From a bacterium (GTDB lineage: Bacteria; UBA8248; JACPRG01; G963555815), in the NCBI GenBank assembly GCA_965261595.1, contig CBDHDG010000002.1:256001-320000 (forward strand): a stretch of 64,000 nucleotides of DNA. The letters are read 5' to 3'. Positions 1 through 10,769 of this stretch are shown here, piece after piece. The position numbers and the translations under genes were made by a program. The stretch's first letter is position 1. Every line of letters begins with the position of its first letter. The notes beneath the pieces are model-generated. The model was not told the DNA's origin and made no database searches. It was given only the letters and a program-made list of their open reading frames with translations.

Positions 1-199
1 CTTCCGGCCAATCGGTGGAACGCCTGACGGAGGTCCTGGAAGGGGGCCGCTTCGGAGCCCCGCGCGGCGGATTGTTGGAGGGTCTTGAGCTCCTCGATGG
101 TTCCCGTCATCCGTTCGAGGTATTCCTTCCGGAGGGCCTCGAGACTTTCGTTCATTGAGTCCGGCGGAGACGGCGGCCTTTCTTGAATGGGGCGAAGGC

Positions 200-601
200 T
201 CAAGCGTCCCAGGTTTCCCGGAGGATTTCATTGACCTGATCGGGCAAGGTCATCGGGTCGAAAGGTTTCGTCAAAACGCCCGCCGGCCCCAGGTCTCTCA
301 GGCGGCGCACTTCCGCCTGCTGGGCCTTGGCGGTCAGGAAGATGACCGGAATGGCGGCGCACCCGTCGAGTGTTTTCAGACGCTCCAGGGTCGAGGGGCC
401 GTCCAACCCGGGCATCATGACATCCAGCAGGATGGCGTCGGGCATTTCGCGCGCGGCCATGTCCAAGCCCGCCTCGCCGCTCTCGGCCACAAGGACGTCA
501 AACCCCCCGACCGTCTCGAGACTCAACTGGACCACCATCCGGATGTCTTGCTCGTCGTCGATGAGAAGAATCTTCTTGTTGGCCAAAGGATTAACCTCCA
601 T
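200..601 (-). CDS. Single-domain response regulator (CheY-like receiver)
   Basis: ILLIDDE, AILLDVMMPGLDG, FLTAK, KPF receiver motifs; overlaps the stop of the upstream kinase. Confidence 0.92.
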   Translation of the reverse strand: MEVNPLANKKILLIDDEQDIRMVVQLSLETVGGFDVLVAESGEAGLDMAAREMPDAILLDVMMPGLDGPSTLERLKTLDGCAAIPVIFLTAKAQQAEVRRLRDLGPAGVLTKPFDPMTLPDQVNEILRETWDA

Positions 602-3600
602 TCAAATCCATGTCGCGCGTCGGCAGAATCCCGTTGAGCAGTTCGACGACCTGCGCAACGAAATCATCTTCCTTCGCCTTCGATTTGGTCAAAAACCGGG
701 TCGTTCCCAGTGTGAGGCGGCGCCTTTGTTCGGGGGAGGGCTCCATCCCCGAATACACGACGACGGGCATTTTCCGCAGGGCCGGGTCCTCCCGCATGGC
801 GTCGATGACCGAGAAACCGTCGCCGTCCTGCATCGCGATGTCCAGGACCATGATGCTGGGCGTCTCCCGGCGGCAGAGCGCGATCGCCTCCTTTCCAGTG
901 GTCGCCGTCAGGACGCGTATTCCAGCATGTTCCCGGGTCAAGAGCCCGGAGAGCAGCGTCAGGATCTCTTCGTCGTCGTCCACCAGGAGCACCGTCGGAG
1001 ACGAGCCGGCGCGGAGGGTCTCGCGAAGCCGCGCGAGAAGCCGGAGCTCATTGATGGGCTTGGTGAGCCAGTCGAGGACGAGCGGCGTGGGCGCTTCCCC
1101 CAGCTCCGACGGCGACCTGCCGCTGATGATGATGACGGGCAGGGAGGCCGTCTCCGGACGCCCCTTGATCTCCCGCAAGACATCGAGTCCGGACATCCGG
1201 GGGAGCCCAACGTCCAGCAGGACGGCGAGCACCTCGGTTGAGGCCAGGGTCTCCAGCGCCTCTTCCCCCGAATACGTCGGGATCACCCCGAAACCGGCTC
1301 GCTCGAGGAAAAGCTCCATCATCCGTACAAAATCCCTGTCATCGTCGCATACCAGGACGCGGGGACCGCTTGTCGGGCGAGGCTCCGGGGCTGTGCGGGC
1401 CGCGGGCGATTCCGTGGCGGGCGCCGTCCGGGGCAGGGTGAAGAAAAACGCGCTCCCGACGCCCTCCTCGCTCTCGACCCACAAGCGGCCCTCGTGCTGC
1501 TGGATGATGGCTTGGCAGATGGCCAGCCCCAGGCCCGTTCCGCCTTTCTCGCGTGAATCGGAAGCATCCACTTGCTGGAATTTTCCGAAGACGTTTTCCA
1601 ACGCCGCCTCGGGGATTCCCCGGCCCTGGTCTTCCACGCGGATCTCCGCTTCGGCCCCTCGAACCCGGATGCCGACGAGCACCCGCCCCTCGGCGTCGGA
1701 GAATTTGATGGCGTTGGATAACAGGTTGACCAGGACCTGGACGACGCGGTCCTCGTCCGCCTCGACCTCGCAGGGCTCCAGCGCGGTTTCAATCCTTACG
1801 TGATGCTCGCCGGCCAACCCCCGCATTTCCTCGATGGCGCGGTGGATGAGCTCCTCCGCCGAGCACCGCTCGACGCGAAGCTCCATTTTGCCAGCCTCGA
1901 TTTTTTCCAGGTCCAGGATGTCGTTGATGAGCCGAACGAGTCGATCGGTGTTGTTGACGGCGATCCGGAGCAGTTGTTCGCCTTTGGGGGGAAGATCGCC
2001 CGCCACCCCGCCCGCCAGAAGGCCGAGCGAACCCCGAAGAGAAGTCAGCGGCGTGCGGATCTCGTGGGAAACCACCGAGACGAACTCGTTTTTCATCCGC
2101 TCGACTTTTCGGCGTTCGGTGATGTCGCGGACGAATGAGACACAGTATTCCCGACCGCCGAACTCGAGGTGGTTGACGGTGACTTCTACGGGGATGGTCC
2201 GGCCGTCCTTGGCGGTGTGTTGGGATTCTATGGTGTACGAGTTCCTTCGCTTCAGATCCGCCCAGTGCTCCGGCCATCGCTCGGATGGAAATTCCGGGTT
2301 GAAATTGTAAACTTTCATGGAGAGCATCTCGTCCCCGGTGTATCCCAACAGCCGGGAAGCGGCCTCGTTGGCGTAAGCAATCCCGGCGTCCGTAGGTGAC
2401 CCAGAAAACAGCGTCTCCGGCGTGATCCAGACAGAACCGGGTGAACCGCAACGCTTCCTCCGCCCGCTTGCGCTCGGTGATGTCGCGCAGGAAGAACAGG
2501 GCGTGTTTGCGCCCGTTCAACCTGATGACGCCGGCGGAGATTTCAAAGTCCACGGGGACGCCGTCTTTTCTGATATTGACGGACTCATAAATTTCCAGGC
2601 CGTCCGCTTGCAGGATTTGGTCGATTCGTTGAGAAAACGAGTCCCGGTCCTTGGGATCCAGGAAATCAGCCACCGGCTTGCCGACCATCTCCTCGCGGGT
2701 GAACCCCGCCATCTCGCAAGCCTTCTGATTGCAATCGACGTAGCGCCCCTCTTCGTCCACGATCTCGATCCCGTCCCGGGCCTGCTCGAACAGGGTGCGG
2801 TATGTCTCCTCGGACTTGCGCAGCGCCTCTTCGGCCCGCTTTTGGACTCCGATGTCGCGATTGATTCCGCTGGACCCGATGACCCGGCCCCCGCTGTCTT
2901 TGATGGCGGAGTAGGCAATGGACACCTCGACCGGGGTTCCGTCCTTTCGCCGGCGAACCTTCTCGATGAGCGGAACGCTTTCACCCGAGCGGATCTTGTT
3001 TACGATTTCATCTCTTTGTTCTTGGTCCCGCACGGGATCGGAATGGAGACGGGAGATGTCCCCGCCCAGCATCTCCTCTTGGGTGTAGCCGTAGATCGCT
3101 TCCGCCCCGGGGTTCCAGGAGGTGACCCTCCCTTCCGGGTCCAGGGTGATGATTCCGTCCGATGCGCTGCGGACGATGCTGTCGAGCCGCTCGCCTGTAT
3201 CCCGCACCTGTGAATAAAGCTTCGCGTTTTGGATGGCGGCGCCCAGGTGATCGGCCACCCAACGCAAAAGCTGGACGTGTTCGTCCCCGAAGGCGTCCAC
3301 CGCTTCGGCCGCGACGTTCAAAAACCCGACGCACTCTTCCCGGATGACGATCGGCACGTTGATGACGGACCGCAGGCCCTCCGCCTCCAGGACCCGACTT
3401 CTGGGATGGGGGTCCTCCCGGGTGTTGGGAATGTAGACGGGTTCCAGGGTTCTCAGGATCTTTTCGAACCGCGTCCCTTTCAGGTTCGTGGGCGGCAAGT
3501 TGGGTTGCCGCTCCTCGACATCGTCAACGGCTGAAAACCTCGCGATTTCCTGTTTCTTCGCGTCCAGGATGAACAGACTGGCCCGGTTGCAGGGAACCAC

Positions 3601-5556
3601 CTTCTTGACTTGTTGGGCGGTGATCCGGAACAGCTCGTCCAGGTCCAGTGTGGCGTTGATGGCGCTGGAAATCTCGTTCAGGATTGCGAGGGTCGTCGCT
3701 CGCTGCTGGGCCTGCGAGAAGAGCCGGGAGTTCTCGATGGCGATGGCCGCCTGATCGCCGAAGTCCTGGGCCAGTTGGATTTCATCGGGCAGGAAGTCCC
3801 TGCGCCGCGTTGTATAACAATTCAGCGCTCCGACGGCCCGGTCCTTCAGGATCAAGGGAATGCCCAGGAAACTCTTGATCCCGGCCTTCTCGGCCCACTC
3901 GCGGTTCATCCACTCGGGGTCTTCCAGGACTTCCGCGACAGCCACGGGCCGCAGGCTCGAAACCACCCGGTATAGGACTCCCTTGCCCCTCGGGAATTTC
4001 CGGATGGAATTTTCCTCGCCTTCCAGCTTGCCGTAGGATTCGGTTTTGACCAAGGCGCCGCTCTTTTCATCCAGGACGAACAGGCGGGTGGAATCGGCAT
4101 CCAACAACTCGCAGACCGCTTTGCAGATCCGGGAGAAGACCTCCGAGATGTCCAGGTTCTCCATCAGGTCCCGCGTGACCTCCCGCAGGGCCTCCTGGCG
4201 TTCCGACCGAACCCGAATCTCCGCGTAAGCCCGGGAATTTTCGATGGCCGTGGTCGTTTAGTTGGCGAATGCGCGGCACAGAGACAAGCGTTCTCCCTCG
4301 AAATCCTGGGTTTCGTCGAAGTAGAAACCCACGCCCCCGATGACGCTTCCCCGGCGCCGGAGCGGCACGATCAGCAGGGATTGGATCCCCTCCCGGATGA
4401 CGAGCTCCCGAATGGGCTGCTGTCGGGGGTCATTTACGGCGTCCATCCGGATGAGCATCTCCCCCCGCTCAAATTCCGGAGACCGGATATGCTTCTGCCA
4501 AAGGGAATGCGTTTCCTCCAGGTGTTCGGCGGAAAGCCCCCGGGTCATCACGGCTTGCGCGTTGGCCGTCTTGGGGTCCACCAGGTAAACCGCGCATCGG
4601 TCCGCCCCGACCACGTGGGTGCTTTGGTCGATGATTGTCCGGAGAACTCCTTGGAGCTCCAGGGCGGACGTCATCTACACCGAGGCTTCCGTGAGCGCCT
4701 CCAATCCTTCTTTGGACTTCCGGAGATCCCGGGCGGACCGGTCCAGGGAATCCACCGCTTCTCCCGCTTGCCGGAAGAGGTGATACATGCTGACCAGCAA
4801 GCCGGTGAGAACAAAGAGATAGCTGACCTTCTTCAGGGTATGGGCGGTATCGAACATCAGGTCGAACAACCGGCCGGAAAACGACATGAACACGGCCTGC
4901 CCCATGACCCCCACAATCAGGGAAAGCACCAACCAATGCTCGAACGTATCGTTTTTCCATCGGCCTTTGTGCAGATACCCGGCCAGGGCCCACAGAAAGA
5001 AGATGGCGGGGACGAATTCCTCGGGTCGATGGAAGAAGAGCTTCGGAAAATATGCCCGGGGCAGCGGCACGAAGATGAAGAACACGAGGCTTGCAAGGGC
5101 CAGTGAGCCGACCCCCCAATAGACGGCTTTTTCGCTGATCCTGCCCGCTTCCCCCAACCTGACTTCTCTCCTCCACGCCACCCAGCTGAAAAGCAGCAGC
5201 ACAGACAAAAAGAAGCGCGAAGCGATCCAGCTCCAGGGAATCAGGGAAGAGGGAACCGACGGAAAATACCCGGCGAAAAAAGAGGATGTGACGATGGCGT
5301 GATAGCCGTCCAACAATGCCGTGCCCAGAAAGCCCACGCCGATGAACAAGATTGTGTTGTTCGCTTTGCTATAGAAACGGACGAGGGCAAGGGCACCTAT
5401 GCCGAGGGCCAGGAGGGCGGCGATCACCTCCATCAGGGTGTGAAGCTGGGTGTTTCCCTGCCAGTGGACATCTCTCAGGAGGAAATAGCCCAGGAAAAGG
5501 GCGACAGTCAGCGCCAGGTAAGTCAGCGCCCTTTTTTGGGAACGGCTATCTTCCAT
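591..5556 (-). pseudogene. Hybrid sensor histidine kinase (MASE3-like membrane domain, 3 GAF, 3 PAS, HisKA, HATPase, 2 REC), interrupted as assembled
   Basis: ORFs 4675-5556, 4258-4674 and 1789-4164 are in one frame, separated by in-frame TAG (4675-4677) and TAA (4258-4260). A one-base frameshift near 2395 joins to 591-2348, which has SHEIRTPLTS, NLLSNAIKF, DQGRG, GTGLGL and two receiver domains. Confidence 0.85.
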
Positions 5557-5727
5557 CGTGGCTTTGCCCTTTTGTTCTCCTTAAATCGGAGCGATTCAGG
5601 GAGGGGGTGAGAAAAAGCTCGATAGGATGGGACGGGGCCCTCATGCGCTCCCCAGGTTTTTGGCCTCCGAAACCGAGCGAAAAGGATTCAGGCGGCGGAT
5701 GAATCCTCTCCCGGCGCGGACGCTTTA

Positions 5728-7119
5728 TCATCCCGGAATTCTGGATGTCCCCCACAGGAACAGGAGGGCGAACAAGAATCCGGCGAGAACGGTCAACACG
5801 ATCGCGGTCCTGATCCGGAATAATGAGCGTCGGCCCTTGGGGGAATCCCCCGATCGGGATGGGTCCGTATTAAGGAGTTTTACGTTCAAGCGATGCCTCC
5901 GAAGGAGGCTCGAAGCGGCCTTATGGGATTCGGTGTCCGTTACGATGAGCCGAAGCTCGATGCCCTTCACCTTCAGCAGCGCCTTCCAACGGCTGGGCGT
6001 CTTTTCGTCGCGTAGCGACTCGACGGTCTCGATCCAATATGCGATTCGTATTTTCCCGCGCACGATCAGGACGTCCGGAACGGGCCCCGTCCATTGGGGC
6101 GGATGATTCTTCAAACGGCTCACATGGGGAGAGTACACATCTCCTCCGCGGATCGCCGCCCGATCGACCAGTTGTTGAATCGGATCCTGTTTCGCCCGCT
6201 GCGTACGCCGGAGCAAGGCCCCGGCGCGGGCAACAAGCTCCCTTTGTTGGAACGGCTTGGTCATGTAATCGTCCGCATACCCGCTTAGGCCGATTTCTAT
6301 GTCATCCAGGCTGCTTTTCGCCGTGAGCATCAGGATCGGAATGTGCGCTGTATGCGGCTGGTCCGCGAGTCGCCGGCAAACCTCGTAGCCGTCCAGGCCT
6401 GGCATCAGGATATCGAGAATCATGAGATCGGGATCTTCCCGATCGGCAAGCGCAAGGCCTTCCTCCCCATCCGCCGCTTCGACGACCCGGTGCCCTTTCT
6501 CCGTCAGGATTGCGCTCACCAGGCGCCGCATGTCCGGGTCATCGTCGACGACCAGAATTTTGGCCCGCGGGGGGGCAGCTTTCGGGGCCCTCACGATCGT
6601 GTCCGTGAGGTCGGGATCCGGAATCTCGGGAGAAGGGAGGATGGGTTCCCGTTCCGGCGCGGCGGGGCGTTTTACACTTGGATCGGGCGCCTTGGAGCGG
6701 GTCGAAGCGCTTTCTTCTTTCAGGGATTGGAGTTCGCGAGAAATTCTGTAAAGAAGCTCCTCGTTGGAAAAAGGCTTGGCGATATAGTCGTTCGTCCCCG
6801 CTTGAAACGCCTTATCGATGTCTTCTTCATCGCGCAGAGCGGACACGGTGATGATCTTGATTTCCTGGCTCCGGCACGCGTCTCGGAGGCTTTCGATCAG
6901 GTCAAACCCTGAAATTTTGGGCGTATTGAGGTCGATCAGAATGATGTCCGGCTTGAAAGGGAGCTCCTTTTCCAATGCCGCGGCGGGATCGGTGGCGCTA
7001 TCGACCCCGTATCCCGCATCGCTCAGAATCGTCGTGATCAAAGAAACCATTTCGGGGTTGTCATCAATGACGAATATGTTGGCCGGCGGCCGTTTTTGGA
7101 CGGACGAAAGGGTGTTCAT
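5728..7119 (-). CDS. Tandem double-receiver protein with an uncharacterised C-terminal domain and C-terminal transmembrane helix
   Basis: Two REC domains (IFVIDDNP..IILID..KPF; ILVVDDDP..MILDILMPG..KPF), Pro-rich linker, hydrophobic tail AIVLTVLAGFLFALLFLW. ATG at 7119 is the assumed start. Confidence 0.8.
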   Translation of the reverse strand: MNTLSSVQKRPPANIFVIDDNPEMVSLITTILSDAGYGVDSATDPAAALEKELPFKPDIILIDLNTPKISGFDLIESLRDACRSQEIKIITVSALRDEEDIDKAFQAGTNDYIAKPFSNEELLYRISRELQSLKEESASTRSKAPDPSVKRPAAPEREPILPSPEIPDPDLTDTIVRAPKAAPPRAKILVVDDDPDMRRLVSAILTEKGHRVVEAADGEEGLALADREDPDLMILDILMPGLDGYEVCRRLADQPHTAHIPILMLTAKSSLDDIEIGLSGYADDYMTKPFQQRELVARAGALLRRTQRAKQDPIQQLVDRAAIRGGDVYSPHVSRLKNHPPQWTGPVPDVLIVRGKIRIAYWIETVESLRDEKTPSRWKALLKVKGIELRLIVTDTESHKAASSLLRRHRLNVKLLNTDPSRSGDSPKGRRSLFRIRTAIVLTVLAGFLFALLFLWGTSRIPG

Positions 7120-7282
7120 CACCAGGTCTCCCCGAATCAAAGGGCCCGACAAGGATTCTCCGGGACGCTTGGGTGAAAAAGGCCTTTCGATTGAAATCCG
7201 AGCACGCCGACTGCCTAAGGTTAATTACCTAAAGTTATACTCCATGTTATCGAAAGGCGACTGAAATTTAGCCAGCCAAGAA

Positions 7283-7378
7283 GGCGGGCAAGATGCCCGC
7301 CCTACCTGTGTTTTAAAACATCGGATTTCCACCGTTCGGTAGGCCGGGTGTTTGGGTCGATTGACCCCTTACCCGGCC
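7283..7378. repeat. REP-like palindrome doublet (GTAG-type, REPIN-like)
   Basis: GGCGGGCAAGATGCCCGCCCTACC...GGTAGGCCGGG..TTTGGGTCGATTGACCCC; related copies at 29461, 30338-30476 and 47309-47402. Confidence 0.7.
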
Positions 7379-7519
7379 GGAATGGGACAATTTGGGTCAC
7401 AATTTGTAAACCAATTTACGAGACACTACACCAATGAAATTCTGGGCGCCCGTTGCGAATCCATCTCTCCCGCTCCCGGGACAAAATCGAGTCGAGGGCA
7501 ATGGGTGACAACCCCCGAT

Positions 7520-9211
7520 TCAATCCGGCAGCGGGGCGCGACCCAACAGGAGCGCGGGGCGGCGCTCGATCCGGACGAATTCCAACAGGCGCGTGAACGC
7601 CCCGCTCAGCGCGACGATGTCCGAGGTCCCGGCCTTTTCCCACCGGATGCCCGCCGACGCGATGGTTTCCTCTAAATCGAGAAAGGGGATCGCCTGCCCG
7701 CCTGTCATCCCCGACCCCCGGTTGTCGCAAACCACGTGAAGGATCGGTTTTCGGTGGTAGACGTTGTCCACAAGCCCCGGGTAGTCGGAATGAAAAAGGG
7801 AGCAATCGCCCGTTACGGCGACGATGATGGGGGATTCGCCGTGGACGCCTTCCTGCTCCGCCGCCGCCGCCTCGGCGAGACCCCCGGCGATGGGGAAGCT
7901 GCTCCCCAGATGAAACTTGAAGTCCACCCATCCCTCGGGGATCGCGTAGGACCCGAAGTTGCCCGTTCCGGTGACCACGATGAGGGGCGCCTCGCGGGGC
8001 CGCCAGGTATCGGGCGAGTCGTAGACGCGGTGCAGGGCCTGATAGACGGGGAAGAACTCCTCAACCGTCTTTCTCCCCCACGCCTTCTTCGCCGGTTCCT
8101 GAGGCTGGACGCCCCGTTCCGGGTCTTTCAGAAACTCCAGGGCGCGGATGACGGTTTCTTTCGTGAGGGCGCCGGCGCCCTCCAATGTAAGGCCCGCGTG
8201 CTTTCCCCAGACCGGCAGGCCGGGGTTGAAGGAGTTGGCCAGCATCCCGACCCGCTCCTCCAGGAAGGGCCGGCCCTCCTCCAGGACGAGGACCCCCGAG
8301 AGGTTCGGCAGGAACGCCCCGATTGGTTCGTGATAGGACGGCCACGCCGTCTGGAGGCGCAGGACGGGAAAATCCGTTCCGCATTCGGCCTGGGCCTCCT
8401 CGATCAGGGGGCCGAAGAATCCCGAGCAGACAATCGCCCGCTCTTCCTTCCCGGGAGACCGGCTTATCGAGACCCACTTGCCGGTTGTCTCGGCGGCGAG
8501 TCGCTTCAAGTCCGCGAGCCGTTTGGGAATGTCCTCGGAATATTGGTAGGAGATCGTCACGAAGTCCATCCGATCTCCGCGCACGAATGTCCGGACGGGC
8601 TCGGACGCGGGAGGGGAGAGAGGGAGGTCCCCCAGCCGGACCGGCCCCTCGGATTCGAGGACCAACGGGTTCATGTGCATAAAGAACGGGAACCTGTACC
8701 TTTCCGAGAGATCGAGGGCCTCCCGGGTCATTTGAAGGGCTTCCTGAGGGGACCCCGGCTCGAGCAGCGGGACGTGAAGCGAGGACAGAAGGTAGCGGTT
8801 GTCCTGGGCGGTCTGCGAGCGGTGGGGCTGCGGGTCGGCGGCCACCAGGAACAGCGTCCCGCTGTTGAACGTGGATTTGATCGACATGGTGGACAGGGCG
8901 TCCAGGGCGACGTTCAGGCCGATGTTTTTCATGAAGCCGAAGCCCCGGCTGTGAGTCAGCGTCGCGCGGCCCAGCACCTTCGCGGCCAGGACCGCCTCGT
9001 TCACGGACCACTCGAAGCGGAGTCCGCACGCCGGTCCGGCTGACTCCAGGACCGGAAGGAGCGCCTTGTCCACGGATGCGGGACCTCCCGGGTACCCGGT
9101 GGCGTATGTGACGCCGGATTCCAGGAGACCCCGGACGAGCGCCTCCATCCCGTTCAGCTCGACCTCCCGGCCCGCGGGGGCCAGAAGGGTTTTAATCCGG
9201 TTTGGGTTCAC
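7520..9211 (-). CDS. iorA: Indolepyruvate:ferredoxin oxidoreductase alpha-like TPP enzyme, no C-terminal ferredoxin domain
   Basis: GNEA-like NGMEAL, TGYPG, EWSVNE, MKNIGLNVALD, DP...SQTAQDNR, GDCSLFHS..DNRGSGMTGGQ. Confidence 0.8.
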   Translation of the reverse strand: MNPNRIKTLLAPAGREVELNGMEALVRGLLESGVTYATGYPGGPASVDKALLPVLESAGPACGLRFEWSVNEAVLAAKVLGRATLTHSRGFGFMKNIGLNVALDALSTMSIKSTFNSGTLFLVAADPQPHRSQTAQDNRYLLSSLHVPLLEPGSPQEALQMTREALDLSERYRFPFFMHMNPLVLESEGPVRLGDLPLSPPASEPVRTFVRGDRMDFVTISYQYSEDIPKRLADLKRLAAETTGKWVSISRSPGKEERAIVCSGFFGPLIEEAQAECGTDFPVLRLQTAWPSYHEPIGAFLPNLSGVLVLEEGRPFLEERVGMLANSFNPGLPVWGKHAGLTLEGAGALTKETVIRALEFLKDPERGVQPQEPAKKAWGRKTVEEFFPVYQALHRVYDSPDTWRPREAPLIVVTGTGNFGSYAIPEGWVDFKFHLGSSFPIAGGLAEAAAAEQEGVHGESPIIVAVTGDCSLFHSDYPGLVDNVYHRKPILHVVCDNRGSGMTGGQAIPFLDLEETIASAGIRWEKAGTSDIVALSGAFTRLLEFVRIERRPALLLGRAPLPD

Positions 9212-9296
9212 GTACGATTCCCTTTCTACGCCTCAATGCGGCTTTTGAATTATCAACGGGCTTCGGCCCGCCCCATCATCCGGAACAGGAGGCCCT

Positions 9297-10323
9297 GTGC
9301 CCGCGAAATGGAAGGTCCTCATCAATGAGCCTTGGGACACAACCCTCGAGACTCACCAGGTGCTCGAAGACGCCGGTTGCGAGTTGATCCTGGGCGTCCC
9401 CAACTGGGAGACGACCCGGCCCTGCTACGATGAGGACCAGCTCGCCGAGATGGCCCGTGACGCCGACGCCGTGATGGGCGCGTCCCGGGAGCGGTATACG
9501 CGAAAGCTCTTCGAGTCCTGCCCGAACCTTCGGACCCTCTCGAAATACGGAATCGGGACGGAAAAGATCGACGTCGACGCCGCCACCGAGGCCGGCGTGC
9601 TGGTCGGGTACACCCCCGTCCCCGAGAATGTCGAATCGGTTTGCGAGTACACCCTGACCCTGATGCTGAACCTCGTCAAGCGCCTCGACCCATCCCGGGA
9701 CTTCCTGCGCGCGGGCGGCTGGCGGGGGCCGGTTGGATGCCCGCCGCCTTGGGCGACCTCACGGTGGGGATCGTCGGGTTCGGGCGGATCGGCCAAGCCC
9801 TCGCCCAAAGGCTCGCCGGATGGGCCGGGCGCCTGATGGCCCACGATCCCTTTGTTCCGGAAGATGTTTTCCGCGCCGCGGGCGTGGAGGCCGCCGGCCT
9901 GGACGCCCTCCTCGAGCGCTCCGATGTCGTCACCCTTCACCTGGTTGTCACCCCGGAAACCCGCGACCTCATCGGCGAGGAGGCGCTTCGCCGGATGAAG
10001 CCCACGGCCTATCTTGTGAACACCTCGCGGGGAGAGGTCGTGGACGAGGACGCCGTGGTCCGCGCGCTCCGGGAGGGGTGGATCGCCGGGCGGCGCTGGA
10101 CGTTTTCCGCCGGGAGCCCCCCGCGATGGATCACCCGCTGAGGTCGCTGACCAACGCCGTCCTGACGCCGCACTTCGCCTGGCTGACGGAGGGCGCCTTG
10201 CGAAGCATGGTCCGGGCCGCCGCCGAAAACCTCCTGGCCGCCCTTCGGGGGGAGGTCCCCCGCTACCTCAAGAACCCCGAGGCTTTGCCGCGCTGGCGGG
10301 AGCGGTTCGGCATCCCCGGATAG
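9297..10323 (+). pseudogene. D-isomer-specific 2-hydroxyacid dehydrogenase (SerA-like), two frameshifts
   Basis: Three overlapping frames: KYGIGTEKIDV (to about 9730), VGIVGFGRIG..NTSRG (to about 10090), ALDVF..EP..LTPHFA (to 10323). Confidence 0.85.
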
Positions 10324-10327
10324 GGTC

Positions 10328-10744
10328 TTATCCGGTCGACAACCCGACCGCTGCCAGGCCGGCCACGCAGCACACCTTGTCCTGATCGGGCTTGCCCCCG
10401 CTGACGCCGAGTCCGCCGATCACCGCGCCTTCGTCCCGGAGGGGATACCCCCCTTCGGTCACGACCACCTTTCCGTCCGCCATCATGCTGACACCCGTCA
10501 GGAATTGGGGGAAGCGCTCGACGATTTGGCCGAGGGCGATGGTGGGCCGTCTCCAGGCGGCGGGGGAGAACGCTTTCGCCTCGGCGATTTTCAGAGACAG
10601 GAACCCGGTGCCGTCCATGCGGTGTGCGGCGATGAGATGGCCTCCTGAATCGACGACCGCGACGCTCACGCGGATGCCCAATTCGGCGGCCTTGGCGGCG
10701 GCCTTCCGGATGATGTGAAGCGCGGTCTCAAGGTCGAGCTGCAT
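10328..10744 (-). CDS. GlcG/HbpS (DUF336) heme-binding protein
   Basis: VAVVDSGGHL..RMDG..IAEAKA..GG.PL..IGGLGVSG..D pattern. Confidence 0.9.
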   Translation of the reverse strand: MQLDLETALHIIRKAAAKAAELGIRVSVAVVDSGGHLIAAHRMDGTGFLSLKIAEAKAFSPAAWRRPTIALGQIVERFPQFLTGVSMMADGKVVVTEGGYPLRDEGAVIGGLGVSGGKPDQDKVCCVAGLAAVGLSTG

Positions 10745-10769
10745 CGGTCCCTTCCTCCGGCTGTATGAC

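Noticed and set aside
4258..4677. Stop-codon reassignment (TAA/TAG to Gln, or pyrrolysine)
   Set aside because: TAA and TAG end many intact genes in this window, and the same gene also has a frameshift
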